Assembly: GCA_963746905.1 (NCBI GenBank)
Contig: CAVVCY010000001.1
Span: 78,125 to 142,124, forward strand
Length of the DNA: 64,000 bases
From: an uncultured Acidobacteriota bacterium
GTDB lineage: Bacteria; Actinomycetota; Acidimicrobiia; Spongiisociales; ZC4RG35
Reading direction: 5' to 3'
Position numbers and translations under genes: made by a program. Position 1 is the stretch's first letter, and every line of letters begins with the position of its first letter. Below the pieces are notes generated by a model that searched no databases, had not been told where the DNA came from, and was given only the letters and a program-made list of their open reading frames with translations. Positions 47,675-54,597 of this stretch are shown in pieces.

Positions 47675-48769
47675 ATGAGCGGTGTAGTCGAACTGGTTGA
47701 TCTGGAGAAGAAGTTCGGGGAAGTTCCCGCAGTCGACCGGATCAACCTCAAAATCGCCGACGGTGAGTTCTTCTCGTTACTCGGCCCGTCGGGATGCGGG
47801 AAGACCACAACGCTCCGTCTCGTCGCCGGATTCGAGCGGCCTGACGGTGGAGCCATCCTGATCGACGGCGTCGACCAGTCGGGGACCCCGCCGCACAAAC
47901 GCCCCGTCAACACTGTCTTTCAGAGCTATGCCCTCTTCCCACACATGGATGTTGCCGCCAACGTCGGATTCGGTTTGCGCTACCAGAACGTAGGTAAAGC
48001 AGAGCAGAAGAAGCGGGTCGGCGAGGCCTTGGAAAAGGTCCGGCTCACCGGAATGGAGTCACGCAAGCCGACGCAGCTCTCCGGTGGGCAACAGCAGCGG
48101 GTGGCCCTGGCGAGGTCGCTGGTCCTCAACCCGTCGGTGCTGTTGCTCGACGAGCCGTTGGGCGCCCTCGACGCCAAGTTGAGAAAGGCCCTTCAGGTCG
48201 AGTTGAAGAGCCTCCAGGAGGAGCTGGAGATCACATTTATCTATGTCACTCACGACCAGGAAGAGGCGCTGACGATGTCGGACCGCATGGCTGTGATGAC
48301 GGAAGGCAGGGTGGAGCAGCTCGGCACTCCATCCGAGGTCTACGAAACGCCCACTTCCAGTTACATCGCTGACTTCCTGGGAATCTCGAATCTCATGTAT
48401 GCCACTGCCGCGGGAGAAGGCCAGGTGACCCTGGGTGGTCGTCAACTGGCTTGCGTCTCCAAAGGCGGGGCGACAGGAGACGTGACCGTGAGTATTCGCC
48501 CAGAGCGAATCGAGCTTCACGCGCCGGACTTCAATGGCGACAACGTCCTCAACGGCGAGATCGAGAGAGTCGTCTTCGCTGGCCCTCTCCTCAACGTCCT
48601 GGTCAACATTGCCGATGTCGGCATGATCCAGGTGACCGTCCCGAATCAGGGAGCAGCGTTTACCTGGGACTGGCCTGATCCGGTTGCGCTTCGCTTTCCA
48701 CCCGAAGCACTACGCGTTGTCTCCGAGACGGGAACGGCCACCGAGGAGCTCGACGGCGATCAGGAGTGA
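47675..48769 (+). CDS. ABC transporter ATP-binding protein, PotA/spermidine-putrescine type
   Basis: Walker A GPSGCGKTT, signature LSGGQQQRVALAR, Walker B LLLDEP, C-terminal TOBE-like domain. Confidence 0.9.
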   Translation: MSGVVELVDLEKKFGEVPAVDRINLKIADGEFFSLLGPSGCGKTTTLRLVAGFERPDGGAILIDGVDQSGTPPHKRPVNTVFQSYALFPHMDVAANVGFGLRYQNVGKAEQKKRVGEALEKVRLTGMESRKPTQLSGGQQQRVALARSLVLNPSVLLLDEPLGALDAKLRKALQVELKSLQEELEITFIYVTHDQEEALTMSDRMAVMTEGRVEQLGTPSEVYETPTSSYIADFLGISNLMYATAAGEGQVTLGGRQLACVSKGGATGDVTVSIRPERIELHAPDFNGDNVLNGEIERVVFAGPLLNVLVNIADVGMIQVTVPNQGAAFTWDWPDPVALRFPPEALRVVSETGTATEELDGDQE

Positions 48770-49707
48770 TCGGCTATCAGCCTCTGGCCGAACGCACGCA
48801 GTTCATCAATCAGTGCTGGTGGCTCTTCGACTACGAATTTCCAGGGCAGGCCTACCAGGAAACGAGCCAGCCAACTCAGTTCATCGGCTCCGATTATCAG
48901 GCGACAATGGCTCTCATCGACAACCTGTAGAACGCCGACCGTGGTCGCCACCAGTTGGCGGGCCCGTTCGATTGTGGTCTCCAGAAGGACCACGCCGCGG
49001 TACCTGTAGACATCGACGGCGACCCCTCGTGCCACCAATTCCACCGGGTCGGGCTCGGGACGGCGGGACGATCGCATCCCCGTTGCTTTGAGTCCTGACG
49101 CTCGATCTAGCCGAAACGTGCGCCAGTCGTCGCGGTCGAGATCGAAGGCCACTAGATACCAGCGTCGACCGGTGTGGACGAGGCGAAATGGCTCGGTGTG
49201 TCGTTCCGTAGACCGGCCCTCACTATCGGTGTACGAGAATCTAAGGCGTTCCCGGGTGCGAGCAGCAGCGGCGGCGGCGGCAAGGTCGTTGTGATCGGCC
49301 CGGGCAGAAGAGGACGAGACCGTCGAGACAGTCGCAACCGAGATGTCCTCGAGTCGGGTGCGGAGCCGAGGCGGCAGCACGTGTTCAAGTTTGGACAGAG
49401 CCGAAAGTGAAGCGTCCTCGAGCCCGCCGACTGCGGTCGCGGTAGCGACTCGGAGGCCGAGGGCCACCGCCAGCGCTTCTTCGTCGTCGAGGAGAAGAGG
49501 CGGGAGCTTGCCCCCGGCACCGAGCCGATATCCGCCTCCAGGGCCGGCCACTGCCTCGACCGGGTATCCAAGGACGCGCAGTCTGGAGATGTCGCGCCGC
49601 ACCGTGCGCGGGGTGACCTCGAGCCGTCGTGCCAAATCGTTAGCGGTCCAATCGATCCGGCCTTCCAGCAAGCCAAGCAATTTGAGGAGGCGCTCCGCGC
49701 TGTCCAT
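48760..49707 (-). CDS. HTH-WYL (YafY-like) transcriptional regulator
   Basis: N-terminal HTH (LARRLEVTPRTVRRDISRL), WYL core (GRRWYLVAFD), C-terminal extension; 315 aa. Confidence 0.8.
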   Translation of the reverse strand: MDSAERLLKLLGLLEGRIDWTANDLARRLEVTPRTVRRDISRLRVLGYPVEAVAGPGGGYRLGAGGKLPPLLLDDEEALAVALGLRVATATAVGGLEDASLSALSKLEHVLPPRLRTRLEDISVATVSTVSSSSARADHNDLAAAAAAARTRERLRFSYTDSEGRSTERHTEPFRLVHTGRRWYLVAFDLDRDDWRTFRLDRASGLKATGMRSSRRPEPDPVELVARGVAVDVYRYRGVVLLETTIERARQLVATTVGVLQVVDESHCRLIIGADELSWLARFLVGLPWKFVVEEPPALIDELRAFGQRLIADHS

Positions 49708-49728
49708 CTGTCAGCCATTTTATCGATT

Positions 49729-49751
49729 ATGCGGACAGATACTGTCCGCAT
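49729..49751. promoter_or_regulatory. Perfect 23-bp palindrome ATGCGGACAG-ATA-CTGTCCGCAT, candidate WYL-regulator operator
   Basis: Lies 22 nt upstream of the WYL regulator start, in the divergent region toward the small ORF and GNAT gene. Confidence 0.55.
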
Positions 49752-49791
49752 TGTCAGATACGGTGACGCCAGCACGAAGAGAGGCAAGTAG

Positions 49792-49980
49792 GTGAATCCG
49801 TTCCTGAGTTATGAGGTGGCAAAAGGCATCGTCGAAGAGACACGCGTCGTCGCCGAGCGGAGGGCCTGGTGGCGTCGGTCAGTGAAGGAAGTCGAGCCGG
49901 CGTTGCCCTCGTGGGACACCGGAGTGGTTCAATTGTTGGCCAGCGAGTGCGAAGGCGAACAAGAAATGGTCGACGCCTAG
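49792..49980 (+). CDS. Small hypothetical protein (62 aa), translationally coupled to the downstream GNAT gene
   Basis: GTG start after GAGAGG. High third-position GC. Its TAG stop shares one base with the GTG 49980 of the GNAT gene (taGTG). Confidence 0.4.
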   Translation: MNPFLSYEVAKGIVEETRVVAERRAWWRRSVKEVEPALPSWDTGVVQLLASECEGEQEMVDA

Positions 49981-50561
49981 TGGAGTGGTCGATATCGGTC
50001 ACGTCCGGATCGGATGACCTGGTGGTCAGGCCATTGACCCCGGAACGGTTTGGGGACATCGAAGCGGTGTTCGGTGAGAAGTCGGTCGCCCGGAGATGCT
50101 TCTGCATGCATTGGCGTCGCCCCGACGGCGGTTATCCCGATCGCCGCTCGACCCGTGATCGTTTCGCCGACCGCGTGAGCGAGGGCAGGCCGCCGGGCCT
50201 GATCGGCTACTTGGAAGCGGTCCCGGTGGGATGGGTGCAGGTCGGCCCCCGTGACGAGTTTCCGACGATCTGGCGGTCGCGTCTGCTCAAGCCGGTCGAT
50301 GACGTCGAGACCTGGTCGGTCAACTGCTTCGTCACCCGGGTGGGGTACCGCCGTCGCGGTGTTGCCAGTGCGTTGCTGACCGCCGCCAAGGCTTTTGCCG
50401 TCGCACACGGGGCCACCCTGATCGAGGGTTATCCGGTGGATGGCGAGCGGTCCTCAGTGGTCGACTACTTCACCGGGACGTTCGGGATGTTCCAGGAGGA
50501 GGGCTTTGTGGAGATCCTCCGCCGTGATCCGACGAGGCCGATCGTGAGGATGGAGGTCTGA
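49980..50561 (+). CDS. GNAT family N-acetyltransferase
   Basis: ORF 49869..50561; the N-terminal 37 aa are R-rich, so GTG 49980 is preferred. Motifs RRCFCMHWRR and GYRRRGVASALL (acetyl-CoA loop). Confidence 0.7.
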   Translation: MEWSISVTSGSDDLVVRPLTPERFGDIEAVFGEKSVARRCFCMHWRRPDGGYPDRRSTRDRFADRVSEGRPPGLIGYLEAVPVGWVQVGPRDEFPTIWRSRLLKPVDDVETWSVNCFVTRVGYRRRGVASALLTAAKAFAVAHGATLIEGYPVDGERSSVVDYFTGTFGMFQEEGFVEILRRDPTRPIVRMEV

Positions 50562-50570
50562 CGCGGGTTG

Positions 50571-50700
50571 GGGTGCCCCCCTCCCCGCCTGTGGCGGTAC
50601 TCCCCCCTCGCCTGCGGCGCCCCCCTCCGGCTTCGGGCTCTCCCCCCAACGCTCACTTTGTTCGCTGGGGGGAGTCCGCTTCGCTCACTGGGGGGAGAAA
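50571..50700. repeat. Cluster of four C6 tracts followed by two G6 tracts in a convergent intergenic spacer
   Basis: C6 at 50576, 50602, 50620 and 50642; G6 at 50667 and 50690. ctcccccca (50640-50648) can pair with tggggggag (50666-50674). Confidence 0.7.
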
Positions 50701-50702
50701 CA

Positions 50703-51608
50703 TCACATCTCAAAGCCGGCGACCGATTCCAGCGCCGAGCCTCCCTGACCACCGCGTTTGTTCAACGCCCGGAACAGGAGCCCGGCCGCCGCCACCGCCC
50801 CGATGGTGATCACCATGAGCACTGTCGCCAGAGCATTTAGAGATGGGGGTGGCGCGGCCCGAGCGCCCGCATAGAGCTGGACCGGGATGGTTACTGTGTC
50901 GGCCCCTCCCAGCAGGAACTGGCTGATCACGAAGTCGTCGATGGAAATCGCGAAAACGATGGCGAAGCTGGCCAACAGCGCCGGGGCGAGCAGTGGCAAT
51001 AGAACGCGCCGCATCGCCTGAAACTGGGAGGCGCCCAGGTCCATGGCGGCCTCCTCGTAGTCCCTGCCGATGGCGAACAGCCTTCCTCGCACGATGATGA
51101 CCACGAACGAGATCGAAAACGTGACGTGGCCCAAGGCCTGAGTCCAGGTTCCGAAGGGGACGAAGTCGTAAACCTTGTCGAACACCAAGAACAAGGCGAC
51201 GCCCATCACGATCTCGGGAGTCACCAGTGGGATGAGCATGAGCAGATTGGAGGCCCTCACTCCGCGCCCGCGCCATCTGGCCAGGCCGATGGCAAGGGCG
51301 ACTCCGATCGGGGTGGCCACCAGCATGGTTATGAGGGCCAGGCGAACGCTCTGCGCCAGAGCGAATCGCAGCGACTGGTCGTAAAGCACTGATTCGGCGG
51401 CGGCGGGGTCGCCGACGTACCAGCGTGTGGAGAATCCCTGCCATGTGCTCCTCGAGCGACCGGAGTTGAAGGAGAAGAGCACAGCGATCGCCACCGGGAT
51501 CGTCGACCAGAGGACATAGAGCATGGTCACCAACGGCAGGAACCTCGACTTGCCCCACGGGTTGCTGACAGCCGACCTGATCGACCTGGTGGCACCTCGT
51601 GTGCTCAT
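50703..51608 (-). CDS. ABC transporter permease (PotC-like)
   Basis: ORF 50703..51881. Start at ATG 51608 (MSTRGATRS) gives an ATGA overlap with the upstream permease. 6 TM segments and an EAA-like loop (YEEAAMDLGASQFQAMRRVLLP). Confidence 0.85.
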   Translation of the reverse strand: MSTRGATRSIRSAVSNPWGKSRFLPLVTMLYVLWSTIPVAIAVLFSFNSGRSRSTWQGFSTRWYVGDPAAAESVLYDQSLRFALAQSVRLALITMLVATPIGVALAIGLARWRGRGVRASNLLMLIPLVTPEIVMGVALFLVFDKVYDFVPFGTWTQALGHVTFSISFVVIIVRGRLFAIGRDYEEAAMDLGASQFQAMRRVLLPLLAPALLASFAIVFAISIDDFVISQFLLGGADTVTIPVQLYAGARAAPPPSLNALATVLMVITIGAVAAAGLLFRALNKRGGQGGSALESVAGFEM

Positions 51609-52534
51609 TCCCGGGCTGCCTCGGAGGAGCGGTTGATCGACCGCAGGTAGTACAGCATCAGGCCTCCGACGAAGATCATCAAGACGATGGTCAACGCTGC
51701 TCCGATCGCTCCACCGCCGGTGGTTTGATTTATGAACTGATCGATCGTGTTTCCGTACATGCGAGTGCGTGGGGAGCCCGAGAGGAGGTTCGGCGTGTAG
51801 TAGTCGCCGAACATCGGGAGCATGATGATCACCAGGCCTCCGAGCACTCCGTTCCGTGACATTGGCCAGGTGACCCGCCAAAAGGTTTGCGACGGTCTTG
51901 CCCCGAGGTCGCGCGCAGCCTCGAGGGTGGCGTCATCGATCCGATCCAGGGCGGCAAACAAAGGGAGGATGAAGAACGGGATGTATCCGTAGACCAGCCC
52001 GAGGATGACCACGAAATGATTTCCCGCGAGCCAGTCGGGCGGGTTGGTGATGCCGAACGCCTCGAGCCATTTGTTGATCTGGCCGTCTGGGCTCAGAAGG
52101 TTCACCCAGGACATCATCCTCATCAGGTAGTTGATCCAGAAGGGGGCCAGAATGAGCAAGAGCCACAGCCAGCGCCAACGACCTGATTTGCGTGACACGA
52201 AGTAGGCCACCGGATAGCCGATCATCAGGCAAAGAAGCGAAGAAATGAACACATAGGCCAGGGTCCTGAGAGCGATGACCCCCAACTGGCCGCCGAACAG
52301 GTCGGAGAACACCTTCGTGAAAACGGTGGGGTCCCAGTAGATCGGGTTCCACTCGGGGTTGGCTCGTTGCAACACCGGGTCGAGTTGGCCCATTGCCACG
52401 GCGAATATGGCGTAGAACGGAATCAGGAAGAACAGCACCAGCCAGCCGACTCCGGGGAGAGCGAAGCCGGGCCACACCCAACGTCTCTGCCCGACGGTGT
52501 CGTACTCGGCGCCTGAGGCGAGGTTGGTGGGCAT
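51605..52534 (-). CDS. ABC transporter permease (PotB-like)
   Basis: 309 aa, 6 TM segments, EAA loop LEAARDLGARPSQTFWRVTWP. Confidence 0.85.
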   Translation of the reverse strand: MPTNLASGAEYDTVGQRRWVWPGFALPGVGWLVLFFLIPFYAIFAVAMGQLDPVLQRANPEWNPIYWDPTVFTKVFSDLFGGQLGVIALRTLAYVFISSLLCLMIGYPVAYFVSRKSGRWRWLWLLLILAPFWINYLMRMMSWVNLLSPDGQINKWLEAFGITNPPDWLAGNHFVVILGLVYGYIPFFILPLFAALDRIDDATLEAARDLGARPSQTFWRVTWPMSRNGVLGGLVIIMLPMFGDYYTPNLLSGSPRTRMYGNTIDQFINQTTGGGAIGAALTIVLMIFVGGLMLYYLRSINRSSEAARE

Positions 52535-52553
52535 CTATGGCTAAGCCTCCGGC

Positions 52554-53846
52554 TCAGCCACCCGAGTTGGCCCTATCCCACTGCTCGACCCACAACGCCT
52601 CGGTCGCCGCATCGAGCGGACCTTGGACCCAGGCCGTGTCAAGCTCGAAATCTTCGGGCAGCACCAGTGCCGGTGCGAGGTGCGGCAGCAGCCACCCCTC
52701 GCTGATCAAAAAGTCGGAGGTGAGACCATTCTGCGGTGGCTGATATCCGACGAACTCGAAGTTCTTGAGCGCATTGTCTTGATCCAGCATGAAGTTCAGA
52801 AACTGATGGGCGAGGACCGGGTGCTGGGCACCTTTGAGGACGGTCATGGTGTCGTTGGAGATTGCCCCGTAGGTAGTCGATCCTTCCGACTTGGCCGGCC
52901 ATAGATATCGGGTTGTGCCGAGGTCTTCCCCTCCTGGCCAGTAGTACTGGGAGTTGACCAGGTCCCCGGACCATGCCTGGTGGATTGCATATCGACCTTC
53001 CGGGAGACCGGCGTAGGAGCCGTCGATCTTGTATCGGATGTCGACCAGATCGATCAATTCGACGAGCGCATCACCGGCGGCGACGAGTTCGGCTTCAGTG
53101 GCTTGGGATGGATCCGCGACACCGTTGTGGAATAGACCGACCGGTATGACATCGGTGAAGGAGTCGAGCATCCCGATCACCCCGTTGTATTTCGGGTTCC
53201 AGAAGACATCCCAGGGGTTCGACTGACCCTCGATGTCCGCGCTGTCCGCCAGGTCGATCCGCCATCCGATGCCCGTCGTGTATGTCACGTAAGGGACCGA
53301 GTATCGGGAGCCCTTGTCGTAGTAGGGATCGGCCAGTTGCGGCCAGACATTGACGTCGAGGTTCGGCAGGTAGTCGCGGTTCAGCGGCTGGATGAGGCTG
53401 GCGCCGACGGCAACCGGGATCCGTTGCGAGGTGGGGAACCAGACGTCGAAGTTGGTCTCACCAGACGCGAGCCGGCTCAGCGCCTCTTCCTCATTGTTGA
53501 AGGTCGTCTCCTCGATTTCGACCCCTAGGGCCTCCGCAGCCAGGGGGATGAGTTCGGGATTCATGTATGCATCCCAGTTGTAGAGGAGAAGGGGACCGGC
53601 CTCGGGTTCGAGGTCGGAGGCGATCGCCGGGTTATCGTCGAACAAGGGTTGCTGGACGGGGCTGGCAGGGGTGCCGATCGCGAGGTCGGCCGCGGATCCT
53701 GCGTCCCGCTTGGCGCATGCCGCCAGAAGGGAGGGAAGCACCGGAACCGTGATCCCGAGCACCGCGGCGCGCTGCAGGAAGTCACGACGGGTGAAGACCC
53801 GCTTCCCGGTCGGTGGGCTCCAGTTTTCCCGTGGGTGGTAGACCAT
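52554..53846 (-). CDS. ABC substrate-binding lipoprotein (PotD/PotF-like) with Tat signal
   Basis: TRRDFLQRAAVLGITVPVLPSLLAAC (twin-arginine plus lipobox); 430 aa. Confidence 0.85.
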   Translation of the reverse strand: MVYHPRENWSPPTGKRVFTRRDFLQRAAVLGITVPVLPSLLAACAKRDAGSAADLAIGTPASPVQQPLFDDNPAIASDLEPEAGPLLLYNWDAYMNPELIPLAAEALGVEIEETTFNNEEEALSRLASGETNFDVWFPTSQRIPVAVGASLIQPLNRDYLPNLDVNVWPQLADPYYDKGSRYSVPYVTYTTGIGWRIDLADSADIEGQSNPWDVFWNPKYNGVIGMLDSFTDVIPVGLFHNGVADPSQATEAELVAAGDALVELIDLVDIRYKIDGSYAGLPEGRYAIHQAWSGDLVNSQYYWPGGEDLGTTRYLWPAKSEGSTTYGAISNDTMTVLKGAQHPVLAHQFLNFMLDQDNALKNFEFVGYQPPQNGLTSDFLISEGWLLPHLAPALVLPEDFELDTAWVQGPLDAATEALWVEQWDRANSGG

Positions 53847-53877
53847 GTTCTATCCCTCGCTCAGCCGGAGGTCGATC

Positions 53878-53893
53878 CTAAACGGTCGTTCAA
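53878..53893. promoter_or_regulatory. CTAAACGGTCGTTCAA, 13/16 match to the 43344 palindrome
   Basis: Lies 32 nt upstream of the binding-protein start, between it and the TetR stop. Core AACGnnCGTT is retained. Confidence 0.35.
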
Positions 53894-54517
53894 TCATGTT
53901 GGCTCGGAAACCGGAGTTTTGAGGGCGAGATCGAGGAACCCATTGGCAAGATCTCGCATGCGGTCGGCGTCGACAGTGGGATCGCCGAGCATCACCTCGA
54001 TGGCGAGACCGTCGAGCATTGCCGCCAGTTGGATGGCGAACTCGGCCGAGTTCAGCGGTCGGAACTCCCCGCTGGCGATGCCCTCATCGACGATGGCTGC
54101 GATCTGGGCCCGCCAGGCCTCGTCGAGACGGGCTCGGGCCGAGGCGAGTGAAGGGTCATGGCGCGACATCTCCCATGCCGCCGGCCAGAGAGTCCATCCG
54201 TCGGTGGCGCCGCCACTGCGAGAAGGTCGTGGGCAACTGGCGTCGATGAGGATTGCGAATTTCTCGACCGCCGATGAGGCATTCTCCAAGGCCCCTTTCA
54301 CCGATTCGTGGAACAACCGGTCCTGATAGACCAGTGCCTCGGTGAGGAGAGCCGCTTTGGAGGGGAAGTAGTAGAGGATTAGCGCCGGGCTGGCGCCGAT
54401 GTTGTCGGCGATGTCGGCGATCCTCGTTTCGCAAAGTCCGCGCTCTGCGATTGCGGCGCTCGCAGCAGCGAGAATGTCTTGGCGCCGACTCTCGGTGAGG
54501 GAAGGTCTCGGGCTCAC
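53894..54517 (-). CDS. TetR/AcrR family transcriptional regulator
   Basis: N-terminal HTH ILAAASAAIAERGLCETRIADIADNIGASPALILYYFPSKAALL; 207 aa; GTG start. Confidence 0.85.
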   Translation of the reverse strand: MSPRPSLTESRRQDILAAASAAIAERGLCETRIADIADNIGASPALILYYFPSKAALLTEALVYQDRLFHESVKGALENASSAVEKFAILIDASCPRPSRSGGATDGWTLWPAAWEMSRHDPSLASARARLDEAWRAQIAAIVDEGIASGEFRPLNSAEFAIQLAAMLDGLAIEVMLGDPTVDADRMRDLANGFLDLALKTPVSEPT

Positions 54518-54578
54518 GAAGGGGATATTGGCACAATGGGGAAAGTTCCGTTGCCACCATTTGCCACCCGTCGGTACG

Positions 54579-54594
54579 CTGAATCACCGTTCAG
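54579..54594. promoter_or_regulatory. CTGAATCACCGTTCAG (CTGAA-N6-TTCAG), operator-like site
   Basis: Lies in the divergent TetR/acyl-CoA synthetase intergenic region and shares the CCGTTCAG octamer with the 43344 palindrome. Confidence 0.4.
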
Positions 54595-54597
54595 GAT

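Noticed and set aside
49792-50561. Small ORF plus GNAT as a type II toxin-antitoxin pair (TacT/AtaT-like GNAT toxin with an upstream antitoxin).
   Set aside because: The GNAT has the CFCMHWRR-type N-terminal motif of a general acetyltransferase family rather than features I associate with tRNA-acetylating toxins. The small ORF shows no RHH/DUF1778-like pattern. The overlap alone is insufficient.
54528-54567. Imperfect inverted repeat TGGCACAATGG ... CCATTTGCCA in the TetR divergent region as the TetR operator.
   Set aside because: The arms are separated by ~18 nt and imperfect. The CTGAA-N6-TTCAG site in the same region recurs at other promoters of the island and is the better-supported candidate.
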